Position numbers and translations under genes: made by a program | Part shown: positions 26,351 through 39,234 of the stretch, in pieces | Layout of the letters: each line of letters begins with the position of its first letter | How positions within the stretch are numbered: position 1 is the first letter of the stretch | Notes under the pieces: model-generated | Told to the model about the DNA's origin: nothing | What the model saw: only the letters and a program-made list of their open reading frames with translations | The model's database searches: none | DNA from: Octopus vulgaris | Lineage: Eukaryota | Reading direction: 5' to 3' | Length of the DNA stretch: 64,000 bases | NCBI GenBank assembly: GCA_951406725.2 | Contig: OX597816.1 | Span: 113,584,001 to 113,648,000, forward strand

Positions 26351-26722
26351 GTGTGGCTATGTTGTAAGAAGTTTGCTTTCCAACCACATTGTTCTGGGTT
26401 CAGTCCCACTGTGTGGCTCCTTTGGAAAGTGCTTTCTACTATAGCCTTAGGCTGACCAAAGCCTTGTGAGTGGAATTGGCAGATGAAAACTGAAAGAAGC
26501 CCATATACTAGATATGTATGCATCTTAAGTGTGTTTGTCTTTGTGTTTGTGTTTGTCTACCACCACCGTTCGATGACCAGTGTTGGTTTGCTTACATCCC
26601 TGTAACTTAGCAGTTCAGGAAGAGTAACTGATAGAATAAGTACAGACTTTAAAAACTAGAATGTACTGGGGTTGATTTGTTTCACTAAACCCTTCAAGGT
26701 GGTGCCCTGGCATGACTGCTGT
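26351..26722 (+). mobile_element. SINE family A
   Basis: Diverged near-full copy. Confidence 0.85.
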
Positions 26723-27299
26723 CTAAGTAGGAGTGATAAAGTGTGTGTGTATATATGTATGGTGTGTATGTGTGTGTGAGAGAGAAAGAGGGAGAGAGAG
26801 AAAGAGAGAGAATGAAAGGAAGCGAGAAAGGGTGAGAGAGGGAGAGTAAGAGAATGAGAGAGAACAGTCTATCTGTGAGTTAGTAGATGAAATGTGTTGG
26901 TGAGTGAATCTTTGGTATCTAGTTAAATGGCCTTCTGTCTGAAAGCTACTCAACCAATTAAACCTTGTTCATACAAAAACAGATATACTGACATACATTC
27001 ATAGATCTAGTATAGCGGAAGGATTTAATGAAACTATTCAAACAGGCACATGGGCATAGCTGTGGGGGTTAAAGAAACTGATTTTGCAATCATGTGGTTC
27101 CAGGTTTGGTGCCAATGGAAAAATGTCTTTTTGTATATTCTTGGGAGTGGACTAACACTTTGTGATTAGAAATTGTGCAGAAATTCATCATACATACATA
27201 CATACATACATACACACCTACATTCATTCATATGCATATGTACATAGATACTGACATTCATACACACACATGCATATATATATATATATACACATATAT

Positions 27300-27520
27300 C
27301 ATCATCATCATCATCATCCTCGTTTAACGTCCACTTTCCATGCTAGCATGGGTTGGATGGTTCAACTGGAGACTGGGAAGCCCGAAGGCTGCACCAGGCC
27401 AGTCGTCAGATCTGGCGGTGTTTCTACAGCTGGATGCCCTTCCTAACGCCAACCACTCCGTGAGTGTAGTGGGTGCTTTTTATGTGCCACCAACACAGGT
27501 GCCAGACGAGGCTGGCCAAG
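27300..27520 (-). mobile_element. RTE LINE 3'-end fragment
   Basis: Very similar to 47930-48140, with (CAT)n tail. Confidence 0.85.
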
Positions 27521-27535
27521 TAAAAATGTAAAATT

Positions 27536-27569
<34 letters not shown>

Positions 27570-27574
<5 letters not shown>

Positions 27575-27906
27575 CAGTGTACATTTAAACACATTAAGAG
27601 GTATCCATTGTGCCAGAAGGAACAGCTAAAGTCCAAACCACTAATTAGGAATAAATTCTTGAAGGGAATGAAGAACAAAAACATTTACCATCTATTTTCT
27701 GGACCATGGTTTCTGACTTTTTTTTAGCAAATAAAATAATTTGCCAGGCGAAGCTTTCATCAACAGGTATGCCAAGATTAAACATATAAACATGAGGCCA
27801 ATACAGCACGTGCCTCTTGCTTATACATTTTAATTTTTTCAAATCCACTGCGTAAGGGAGTCCTATGATGGATACCTCTTAATGTGTTTAAATGTACACT
27901 GTATTT
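27570..27906. mobile_element. Fold-back insert with perfect 39-bp terminal inverted repeats (Penelope pseudo-LTR-like)
   Basis: 27570-27608 is the exact reverse complement of 27868-27906; internal hammerhead-like core. Confidence 0.7.
27699..27766 (-). ncRNA. Degenerate type I hammerhead ribozyme motif
   Basis: ctg-TTGATGA-stem II-GAAA-ccatg-GTC-cag; palindromic stem III; C3 is mutated to U. Confidence 0.45.
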
Positions 27907-27981
27907 TATATGAATAATATTTTTCTATATGCTAGGCCACTGGTAGTAAAAATTTCTAAAATCTTTATTACCCTGATATTA

Positions 27982-28029
<48 letters not shown>

Positions 28030-30287
28030 ATATATATGTATATATATATATATATGTATACATACACACACATTTATTCATACATTCATACATCCATACA
28101 TCCACCCATACATATGTATGTACATATGTATTTATCTGAGTTCATATCTATGTTAATCTTTATACTGTTTTAAAAACTGATTTTCTTCATATTGTTTCTT
28201 TATACAAAGCAGCTGAGCTATTAGAGATCAATAAAATAGGTATCAAATTGAAATATGCACTGATGGAAGGGGATATGATTGATTAAGTCTTTGAAAGCAG
28301 TGTCCCACCATGGGCAGCATACAATCAAATGACTGAAGCTGTAAAAGAATAGATTTTAAATTTGAAACCAAATCATTTTAATGAGATTTGTTTTTACTCT
28401 TTAGAATATATTCTATTACCTTAATTTTACCTTTACACTATTTACAGTAATTTTCTCTCTGCAATAATTTAATATTTTAGCAAACAGTATAATATATTCC
28501 TTTATTTATTACATAGTTGGCAATCAAAGGTCAGAATATATATATAAGTGGTGTAGTTTTATGGCTGTAGAGTGAGTCTCTTTAATTAATAATAGATCAT
28601 ATGTGAAACAAATATGCCAGCTGCAAATCAAAACTGAACCTGCTCTCCTTTCCTTTATTTACAAGACTACATTCAATTCTTTTGTTGGTGAAATATATTA
28701 TTATACATGGAAATCTACATTTTATTTTTAAAGAACATAAATTATAATTCTTGGCAAATATAGTTGGTGGCAATTTTAATTTATTTGTTCCTAATATTGA
28801 AATTCTATGGGATTTTATAAGAAAATTTTTCATTGTAAAATTGATATTTTTCTAAATTAATTTTTCTTAAATTTAACATCCTTTCATCAATTCCTAAAGT
28901 CATTACAATAGATTATGTTCTTATTTTCTATTATTCTAATTTTCCTTAATATTTTATAAAACATCCAATTCGTGTTTGCATCTATAAATTTAGATTATTG
29001 TGGAATTTTTAAAAAATAATTTCCCAATTGATTTTAAAGTGTAAGGAAAATGTCTTAAAACTAAAAACATATTGGCTACATATCAACAGATATCAACCCA
29101 GCAGGTTTTCTGTGGTGTTTAATATCTAAATAACTAACAGTATGATGTACATTGAAAGAATGAAATTTCCAATTGTCTATATGATAGCATAGACAAGGTA
29201 TTGGATTTTTGTTGAGTAATTTTGCTTATCTTGTGAGAAATACTTATATTATGTAAGATTCCTTTGTTCTAAACATTTGTAAATAATAATTGTTTGGCAG
29301 AATTGATAAAACAACAATATAAATACCTATATTTCAGTATTTCCACACATGTATATAAAATAGATAATAAATATTGGATATAGAGTATATAAGTTTTTAA
29401 CGCGCATGTTTATAATTTGCTAATTTACTTTCAGGCAGGATGACAAAATTTCCCAAGCCAAAAAAAAAAAAGTAACAAAAACAAACAAAAACACCCAGAA
29501 TATGATATAAATAGGAAAACTAAAATTGAAGAAAGACTAGATTAAATAACAGAAAATTATGTGAAATGTGAGTAATAAAAGATAGATTGCTTTTACAGAT
29601 GCTTTGAAACTTTTAACAAAAAAAAAAAGAAAAGAGAAATAGAAAAATGAGAAATAGCAGAAAAATTTGTACATGTTTAATTTATTCTAACAAGAACATT
29701 TTCAATGAAAAATATGTCTTGTTTTTAAAACTTCATATATTTCAGCAATTTCTCATTTCATATTTTTCTGTTCTTTCATAGACTTCATTTTCAAACTAGA
29801 AAGTTTGAAAGTTTGAGAAACTTATTTGCAATATTACATTTGTATCTACAGAATTTAGTATTACACCTATATTTTAGACAAAGAAGATGATAATTAAAGA
29901 TTTATCTTATAATTACATTGAGCGAAATTGCCTCAATAAAATTATCGCTAGATGAACACCTAATGTTATAAAAATATATTGTATTTTTTATTTGAAGTTA
30001 TATATTTGAGGCTACATAAGAAACCCATTTCTGTTTGAACCTTCTAATTTATTATTAAACTCTAATATCATATAGCTGAGATGGCTGTATCTTAAATCTT
30101 ATCAAAGCCATTTTGTGGTGTCCCTGGCCAAAGATGAAATCACTTTCACTCTTTATTTGTAGATGAGTGATTCGTGGAAAAAAATAGTAATTAATAAAGT
30201 ATTAAATATTTAAAGTGCTTTTCTTCTGCATTGTTTCATAGAGTTATAAAGCAAGGTACAGAAAGGAAGGTGAGTTGCTCTAATTAC

Positions 30288-30338
30288 TGTTTGATGCATT
30301 TGTCAAGAAGGGCTTTACAGAGAACATCTACTGCTTCA
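30288..30338 (-). CDS. Putative 51-nt exon of the host gene
   Basis: gattttcag| acceptor and ca|gtaatt donor; phase 2-2; EAVDVLCKALLDKCIK. Confidence 0.4.
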
Positions 30339-30429
30339 CTGAAAATCTCAGATAGACAGAAAACACGAGAGAGAGAGAAAGAGGAGTAGGGATTATACTA
30401 GAAAGTAATAGGTGTAGAAGGTAACTTTA

Positions 30430-30815
30430 TTTTTACTTGTTTTATTCATTTCACTGCGGCCATGCTGGGGCATCACTTTAAAGAATTTTAGTTGAAGAAA
30501 TTGACTCCTGTAATTATTTAATTTTTTTCAAACCTGGTACTTATTCTACTGGTCTCTTTTGCTGAACACTAAGTTACGGGGGTGTAAATACACCAACATT
30601 GTTGCCAAGCATTGGTGTGCAACAAACACAGGCAGAAAACATATGCACACATATATACGACAGGCTTCTTTCAGTTTCTCCCTACAAAATCCATTCACAA
30701 GATTTTTATCAGCCCAGGCTATGACAAAAGACACTTGCCCAAGGTGTCACACAGTGGACTGCACCTGGAACTATGGGGATGGGAAATAAACTTCTTACCA
30801 CACAGCCATGCCTGT
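30430..30815 (-). mobile_element. SINE family A
   Basis: Full-length diverged copy. Confidence 0.85.
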
Positions 30816-30898
30816 AGACAATAACATATTTTATATTACTAAAAAATACAACACTAATGAAAATAATTTTTATCAATAAATAATTGTTATTAATTCAT

Positions 30899-31419
30899 AG
30901 GCACAGGGATGGCTGTGTGGTAAGCAGCTTGATTACCAACCACATGGTTCTGAGTTCAGTCCCACTGTGTGGCACCTTGGGCAACTACTTCTGTTATAAC
31001 CTCGGGCCGACCAAAGCATTGTGAGTGGATTTGGTAGACAGAAACTGAAAGAAGCCCATCATATATCTATTATATAAAATCCATTCTGTCTGTCTGTGTG
31101 TGTGTCTTCTAGAATCTCAGGCATCCTTCATCCGATTGCGCTCATCCAATTGATATGTAGATACTGACAGGATCAGGGCATGTATAAGTCTTGAAAAATT
31201 TACAAAAATCAATTCCAGGTGAGAATGCGATCGATAAAGCCATGGGAACGTGCATTTGTAAAATCGTTTTTCTTGGAATAGAAAAAAAGTCTATCTTTAT
31301 TTCTTCTATGGGACAGTTGGACATGTTGTCTTGAGAAAATTTGGTTTAAATGTTTGACAACTCAGCACCATCCATTGAATGGGGGTGGGGCGTTTTGGTC
31401 GTATATATATATATTTATA

Positions 31420-31472
<53 letters not shown>

Positions 31473-31690
31473 ACACATATATATGTTTGTGTATCTGTGT
31501 TTGTATCCCCCACCATCACTTGACAATCGATGCTGGTATGTCTATGTCCCCATGACTCAGCAGTTCAGCAAAAGTAACCAATAGAATAAGTACTACGCTT
31601 ACAAAGAATAAGTTCTGGGGTTGATTTGTTTGACTAAAGGCAGTGCTTCAGCATGACCAAAGTCAAATGACTGAAACAAATAAAAGAGTA
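30899..31690 (+). mobile_element. SINE family A with a nested insert
   Basis: Head at 30899-31065 and tail at about 31480-31690. Confidence 0.85.
31066..31401 (+). mobile_element. Helitron-like non-autonomous element
   Basis: 5' TCTATTATATAAAA...ctgtctgtctg, GC-rich imperfect hairpin near the 3' end, inserted between A and T with no TSD. The 3' end is GTCG rather than CTRR. Confidence 0.5.
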
Positions 31691-31704
31691 ATTATTTTTA
31701 ATAT

Positions 31705-31890
31705 AGGCACAAGGCCAGCAATTTTGAGGGGGTGGTGTTTGATGATTACATTGACTCCCAATGCTAGACTTGGTACTTAGTTTTATGAATACCAGAGTGG
31801 TGAAAGGCAAAGTTGATCTGAGTAGGATTTGAAAACAGAATGTAAAAGTTAGAACAAATATAGCAAGGCACTTTTTCTCTGCCAATCCAG
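31705..31890 (-). mobile_element. SINE family B, degenerate
   Basis: ggcacaaggccagcaatttt...gaaaggcaaagttga motifs. Confidence 0.7.
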
Positions 31891-31992
31891 CCTCTTTATA
31901 ATTTTTATGAATAACCACAACATAGCTGCAAGCATGGCTATGTGATAAGAAGTTTGCTTCCTAACCTCGTGATTCTAGGTTCAATTTCACAC

Positions 31993-32540
31993 ATGACAGA
32001 GTGTAAGCACCCTGAGAGAAATGTTGGACATAAGAAGCATCGGATGTGGCATGCAAGAGAGACATTTGCGTTGGTATGGTCATGTACTATGGATGGATGA
32101 GGAGAGCTGTGTGAAGAAGTGCCACTCCCAAACAGTGGAAGGAATCCATAGTAGAGAGAGACCCAGGAAGACATAGGATGAGGTGGTGAAGCATGACCTT
32201 CGAATGTTGGGCCTCACAGAGGCAATGATGAAAGACCGAGATATCTAGAGATATGCTGTGACTGAGAAAACCCGGCAAATAAAGTGAGTTCACAGCTGTA
32301 AATTACACCAGTGTCACATAACCAGCCCACTCAAAAAGTACCTTGGATTGTAGGGTGACATGCTGTGCTTGAGGAGACCTTTTGAGTCAAGTACATCAAA
32401 ATCAAAATCAAATCAAATCTCAATCAATGCCAGATCAGACTGGAGCCTGGTGCAGCCACCTGGCTTCCTAGATCCCAGTCGAACTGGTCAACCATGCCAG
32501 CATGGAAAATAGATGTTAAACAATGATGCTGCTGCTGATA
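31993..32540 (+). mobile_element. RTE LINE 3' fragment
   Basis: Homologous to 34660-35260 (RPRKT.DEVVKHDLRMLGLTEAM) plus 3' UTR. Confidence 0.9.
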
Positions 32541-32654
32541 TATATATGAAATAAGGATGAAAATCACTTTAGTGATCATTATCAGGTAGTCTGCATGGAA
32601 GAAAAAAATTTATAAGTAATGTTTAGACATTCATTCAGCATGGAGAAAAAAAGT

Positions 32655-32885
32655 CATGCGTGTATATGTGTGTCTTTGTGTCTGCGTTTGTCCCCCACCA
32701 CTGCTTGATACTGGTATTGGTGTGTTTATGTCTCCATAACTTAGCAGTTCAGCAAAAGAGACTGATAGAATAAGTACTACACTTGGAAAGAATATTTACT
32801 GGGGTCAATTCATTCAACTAAAAATTCTTCAATGCTATATCCCAGCATAACTGTAGTCTAATGACTGAAACAAGTAAAAGATAAA
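32655..32885 (+). mobile_element. SINE family A, 3' half
   Basis: gtttgtcccccaccactgcttga...gactgaaacaagtaaaag. Confidence 0.8.
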
Positions 32886-33127
32886 TAATATTACTAATTG
32901 TTAGTTTTACCTATCTTGGCTGAACCTCTCATTCCAGCCTCATATGAAAGAGAGAGAGAGAAATGATGATGATGCTGATGCTGATGATGATAACAATGAG
33001 ATATTATGGTGTGCTCAGGAGCTGCAATTTGTTATGACTTCATTCAGATATCCCATGTAAAATGGAGCAGTAGTAAATTGATGGGAAAGAAATGCAGCAC
33101 AAACATTAGGTTTTGTAAGAATAGTAT

Positions 33128-33437
33128 CTTTTATTTGTTTCAGTCATTTGACTGCAGCCATGCTGGAGCACTGCCTCTAGTCAAACAAGTCGACATCCGA
33201 ACTTATTCTTTGTAAGCCTAGTACTTATTTTATCGGTCTGTTTTGCCGAATCGCTAAGTTACTGGGATGCAAACACACCAACATCGGTTGTCAAGCGATG
33301 GAGTGGGGACAAACACAGACACACAAGCATATTCACATATATATATATATATATATGGGCTTCTTTCAGTTTCTGTCTGCCAAATCCACTCACAAGGCTT
33401 TGGTCAGCTTGAGGCTATAGTAGAAGACACTTGCCCA
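33128..33437 (-). mobile_element. SINE family A, 5'-truncated
   Basis: Close to 451-750 and truncated at almost the same point (gacacttgcc). Confidence 0.85.
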
Positions 33438-33935
33438 TATCACACCGACAATCAAATTCATTAATACAAGCTGGTATTCAGTAAAGGTGGCTGCTATAAA
33501 TAAAATTGTTAAGTGATTAGTTTTAACAGTTTCTCCTTTTAGGGTCTTTACAGAAATTCCAAGTCACCTTGGGTGCAGACAAGTTTATATATAAATCAAG
33601 TTTTTCTATTGAAATGGACTATTTAGATAAGTTTATCAATTAATCAACAATTAATCACATTCTTTTACACATACATATATTTCTACATATGCACATATAT
33701 AAGATATTCTTTGTATATACTAACAGCAGGTTCACATACACTGTCACACTTAATTATACATATATGCACATATATCTTGTACTGGTGCCCTCATGTGTCA
33801 GCTTGTTCATTTGTACACACACAAGAAAAAAATCAATATTTTAATATGCATGCCCTTAAATTGCCCCTGTGGATTCACATTTACATTGTCACCTCACTAA
33901 ATACACACACACACACACACACACGTGTTTGTGTG

Positions 33936-35227
33936 TTCGTCATTGTCTGCCAGGCAATAACAGATGAATTCAAGACAGGCTGTCTCTGGGAGCTCCTCTA
34001 TGCTGGTGACCTTGTTCTTATAGCTGAATCACTTCCAAAACTAGAGAAGAAGTTTCAGGTATGGTCTAGAATTTAAGGGCCTTAGAGTTAACCTAGAAAA
34101 ACCAAAGTCTAAGTAAGTATGAAAGCATACAGATCACAAATCCCCTCAGGCAAGTGGCCCTGCTTGATTTGTAGGAAAGACACAGGAAGAAATTCCATAA
34201 GATGTACCTGGTGTAAGTTATGGATGCATAAGAGGCACAGCAATATCAGAGGAAGGTTGACAGGGGAGGTTGTGCATGCAGAAAATAGGTTATGCATAGG
34301 TACAATTAACACTAAAAACATGCAGAAAATTGATTCCATCAAATCCCAAGTGGCAGGGAGCTAGAAGTAGTTGACAGCTGCTGTTATCTAGGTGACCAAG
34401 TCAGTAACAGTGCTAGATGCTCCAAGAGCATAGCTTCTAGAATAAGAATAGGTTGGGTAAAGTTCAGAGAGCTCTTTCTTCTATTGGTAACAAAGAGCCT
34501 CTCTCTCAGAGTGAAAGGCAGATTGTATAATGCCTGTGTGTGAACAGCCATGTTACACAGCAGTGAAACATGAGATGTGACTGCCAAGGACATACATAGG
34601 ATTGAAAGAAATGAAACTAGTATGCTTTGCTGGATGTGTAATGTCAGTGTGCATATACGACAGAGTGTAAGCATCTTGAGAGAAAAGCTGGGCATAAGAG
34701 GCATCAGCTGTGGTGTACAAAAGAGATGGCTACATTGGTATGATCATGTAATGTGTATGGATGTGGAGAGTTGTGTGAAGAAGTGCTGATCTCTACTAGT
34801 GGAAGGAAGCTGTAGAAGAGAAAGACCCAGGAAGACATGGGATGAGGCTGTGAAGCATGATCTTTAAATGTTGGGCCTCAGAGAGGCAATGGCTAGCGAC
34901 CAAGACCTTTGGCAATATGCCATGCTTGAGAAGACCCATCAAGCCAAGTGAAATCAGAGCTGTGGTTGCTGTCGGTGTAACATAACTGGCACCCATGCCA
35001 ATGTCATGTAAAAAGCACCTTTCAAGCATCAGTCCTCACAGAGGTAATGTGGCTGATGCTGGTGTCATGTAACTAGCACCCATGCTGGTGGCATATAAAA
35101 AGGGAAGGGCATCTGACTGCAGAAACCATGCCAAATCAGACTAGGATCTGGTGCAGTCCCCAGTTTACTGGCCTTGGTCAAACTGTCCAACCCCGCAACC
35201 CATGCCAGCATCGACAACAAATGCCAA

Positions 35228-35264
<37 letters not shown>
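33936..35264 (+). mobile_element. RTE-clade LINE, 5'-truncated and inactivated (RT C-terminus, 3' UTR, (GAT)n tail)
   Basis: WELLYAGDLVLIAES (YADD-like), GLRVNLEKTKV, LEVVDSCCYLGD, RIRIGWVKFREL, KGRLYNACV, RPRKTWDEAVKHDL; stops and frameshifts. Confidence 0.95.
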
Positions 35265-35265
<1 letters not shown>

Positions 35266-35355
35266 ATATATATATATATATATATATATATCTTCAGTAG
35301 TTCATATATCAAAACAATTAAGCACACTCTGAAACATAAGAGCAGTAAAATAATT

Positions 35356-35532
35356 TTTAGGAAGTTGATGTTATGGCTAGTCAGAGTGACCCTTGGTTTC
35401 ACCTGTATAAAATGTTTAGCCATATAGGCAACTCATCAGACTCAGATAGCCGAGTCTTGTATACAGTTAAGTGCTTTATAGGTGTGAAACAAATGGTCAC
35501 TCTCTGACTAGCCATAACATCAACTTCCTAAA
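35356..35532. repeat. Fold-back insert (Penelope pseudo-LTR-like)
   Basis: Outer 31 bp are perfectly inverted (tttaggaagttgatgttatggctagtcagag); imperfect pairing continues to ~70 bp. Confidence 0.9.
35375..35451 (-). ncRNA. Type I hammerhead ribozyme candidate
   Basis: ggctatctgagt-CTGATGA-stem II-GAAA-ccaagg-GTC-actctgactagcc. Core intact, stem I 11 bp with one mismatch and one bulge, stem III 3 bp, stem II imperfect. Confidence 0.65.
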
Positions 35533-35819
35533 GTATATATATGTATACATACTTTTCCAAGATATATACATGCACCCACATATATATACATACATACATA
35601 CATACATAAATACAGTGCTACATAATAGTATACACACGGACACACACACACACACACACATCCTTCCGTGTGTGAATCTGTGTCTATCTCTACCTATGTA
35701 AAACAGATATGTCAAAAAGATAATTTAACCATTATCTGATACATATAGAACAATGAAATAACTCCCATAACTAAATAAATGGACAACATGAAAAAAAAAA
35801 GAAAAAGAAAATTTGTCTT

Positions 35820-36080
35820 CCTTAGGCCTACGGGCACATGAGACCAGATTTCCTAGCCATTTAGGGGAATAAGTGTACAAGATTTCCCTCTCTCCTAAAC
35901 AAGTTACCAGTCCATGGCTGGGTTGCCACTCAGCTACTGGGGGTACTTTTTCAGTTGAGTAATCTGGAGAAGTATGAAATGAAGTATTTTGCCCAAGAAC
36001 ACAATACATCATCTGGTCCAAGAATTGAAACCACAACCCTACAGTCATGAGTCCAAATGCTAACTGCTAGACCATACACC
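35820..36080 (-). mobile_element. SINE family C
   Basis: Reverse complement resembles 21289-21502. Confidence 0.65.
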
Positions 36081-37437
36081 TTCATTGAAAGATATGATCA
36101 GCTAAAATTCTTGAAGGTGCAATTGAATGACTAAAACCATTAAAAGAATAAAAGAATACATATCTATCAATATACATACACATATGCACACACACGTGTG
36201 TGTGTATGTGTGTGTGTGTGTGCGTGTGTGTGTGTGTGTAGATTGTATTCATGCTTAGATGAATCTGTATTGCTTTAATCAACAGACATTTAGGAATGTG
36301 TTGCATTATTACAGCTCTCTGCGATATAAAGTATATCCTATTTACAGACGTAAATCCAATATAATAGGCCTAGATAATATAAAGAATATAGATCAGTTAA
36401 ATGTTTTATCCTCAAGTTTGAATCAAATTTTTGATTTTTTTTATTATGAATTATGAATTGATAAAAACGAAATAATTTAAATAAGCTTACAAATTTTACG
36501 ATTTACTAATGATATTTTCACTCTGAATTCATACCATTGAACATTACTCACTTGAAGAATATGTGCATCCTTAAAAATGAAAGGACAACACAGAATGGGA
36601 ATGAACAAAACATGTAAACAAAATTGGATACATAAACAATTTTAGTAACAAATTTATTCCATTTTATTATAGTTTTGTTTTTTCTGTATCATAATGCCTT
36701 CTAATATAACTTAATGATTATAGAAAAGGAGAGAAGACATTTAAATGAAACTGCTTTGTATATCGAATATTCAATCTTATCCACAATAAAATATCTAACT
36801 TACTTTGGAAATTTTCATCAGGACTTATATACATTTCTTAGGATTCATTTTTAATCAATTTCATATAAATATATTTAACTATTGAAAATTATCTTTAGAT
36901 ATTATTTAAATTTTCTTAATGAATTTTTATTATTTTATTGTATTTGCAACTTACTAATATACACTAAGATTTGTGAATTTTAGAGAATAAAAATGAAAAT
37001 GGACAAGTTAAAAGTGAAACTAAGAAGAAAGCAAAGCAAAGTTTCAGGAAAAAATGTCACCTACAATATAATTCAATTTATTTAGAACAAACATTCTTGT
37101 TTAAGAAGAATATGATGTGATAAATTCTTCTTCAGTTTGATTTTTATGAAAAGTAAATATAAATATAACAACTGCTAAGCAGAAATTTAGTCGTGCAAAA
37201 GATACATAATTGTTCGATTAAATGGAGGACAAAATTTACTCGTGTGTATGCATGTATGAATACATAAAAACACATATAAAACATATATATGTATCTATAT
37301 GTATAAGCACATATGTATGTATATGTGTGTGTGTGTGTGTGCGTGTGTATATCTGTATGTATGTTTGTATATATATTTATATATATACATACACATGCAT
37401 ATATATGTGTGTGTATTTATATATATATATGCATATG

Positions 37438-37590
37438 ATGAGCTTCTTTCAGTTTCTGTCTACCAAATACATTCATAAGGCTTTAGTGGCTCAAGGATGT
37501 TGTAGAAAATACTTGCCTAAGGTGCCATGCTGTGAGACTGAAGCAGAGACCATGTGCTTAGGAAGCAAACTCCCTACCACATAGCCACAT
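37438..37590 (-). mobile_element. SINE family A, 5' half
   Basis: cttctttcagtttctgtctacc...ccacatagccac. Confidence 0.8.
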
Positions 37591-37689
37591 CTGTATATAC
37601 ATATATATGTGTGCATGTGTATACATAAATGCATACATACATACATACACACATGCATGCATGCTTGCATACATACATACATACATACA

Positions 37690-37723
<34 letters not shown>

Positions 37724-37757
37724 CATACATAGTGAATTTCCACATAGTTTTTTTATT

Positions 37758-37885
37758 TATTCTTTTACTTGTTTCAGTCATTTTGACTGTGGCCGTGCTG
37801 GAGCACTGCCTTTAGTTGAACAAATCAACTGCAGGACTTATTCTTTGTAAGCCTAATACTTATTCTGTCGGTCTCTTTTGCTAAC
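37758..37885 (-). mobile_element. SINE family A, 3' end
   Basis: ttcttttacttgtttcagtca...ctttgtaagccta. Confidence 0.8.
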
Positions 37886-38184
37886 CCATGTGCGTGTCTT
37901 TTTAAAACATTGTCTGGTTTAAAAAGCCACATCAGATGCCATGATGGTTCTCAGGTGTAGGGACAAGAGGTGGTCAAACTCTACATAAGGAGTAGACAAC
38001 CTCCACCATATATATATATATATAACAATTATAATTTTAACTTTTATCAAATTTCTTGGTGTTTATACAAAATGAGGAAATGAATACTAATTTTCGAATG
38101 GAAAATATCTATTTATTACTTTTAAATAAAATTAAATATAACTAATTTCTTATTTGTATACCTCCTACCATAACTACTTTTTCA

Positions 38185-38310
38185 CTTATTCCCCTCCTCT
38201 TCCTTCCTCTTCCTTCCTCTCCCCTCCTCTCCTCTCCCTCCCTTCTCCTTTTCCCCTCCCTCTCCACTTCCCATCACTCTCCCCTTCCCTTCCCCTTCCC
38301 TCCTTCCTGT
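38185..38310. repeat. Polypyrimidine (C/T) low-complexity tract
   Basis: Directly visible. Confidence 0.9.
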
Positions 38311-38549
38311 CCTCAAATATCTATGATTTTTATCTTCCCACTTCTCATGGACATCTTATATTAATCCTTTATATCTCTTTTTTACTCTCTATCCTCCTCT
38401 CTCTATGCAATATAGAGTTTAGCTGCAGAATTTTCAACCAACCAACCAGCCAACCAACATCTATGTTGGGCTTTAATTATAAAGAATATATATATATATA
38501 TGCTTGCTTGTGTGGAGTATATATATACACACACACACACACATATAGC

Positions 38550-38730
38550 TATGGCTGTGTAGTAAGAAGCTTGATTCTGGGTTCAGTCCCACTGCATAGC
38601 ACCTTGGGCAAGTGTCTTCTACTCTAGCGTTGGGCTGACCAAAACCTTGAGAGTGGATTTGGTTGACAGAAACTGAAAGAAGCCCAATGCATATGTGTGT
38701 GTATGTGTGTGTGAGTGTGTCTGTGTGCAT
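38550..38730 (+). mobile_element. SINE family A, 5' half
   Basis: ggctgtgtagtaagaagc...ccttgggcaagtgtc. Confidence 0.8.
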
Positions 38731-39234
38731 GTATGTAAAAAGGTTGAATTAGGTTTGTCCTTTAATTTGGAGGTTTCCCAAAAAAGATTTCTGATATTGA
38801 TTCTTCATATTTTGCTGGTACCTTACTGGTGTAAATTTGTGAATATGAAAATAATATTTGTATATGGTGTGTTGTGAATTCATGGAAAGAAATCCCATAA
38901 AACTCGACAATTTTGATAAAAATGAAGAGAAATGTTAAAATATATAAGAGAATTTTAATTCATGCAGATGATCGTTTCGTACAGCGATATAAAAATCATG
39001 CAAATTCATGGTTGAATAGAATTAATTAAATTAAATTTAATCAATTATGTATTACTGTACTCTTGAGTGCAAGAAGTATAAACAAAATTTTTACAAAGGA
39101 CTTGAGAAAGGAAACAGCAGAATAAGATCTAGTAGATTCATATTTATCCTTATGAGAAAAAAGGGATGTGAGTCCAGTTAGCCTTTAGTTTTAGTTAATA
39201 TCTAATACTGATGTGGGTGGGGAGGGGCGGTATC

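Noticed and set aside
30242-30269. Plus-strand 28-nt micro-exon with good splice sites
   Set aside because: Too short to support, and antisense to the better-supported minus-strand gene.
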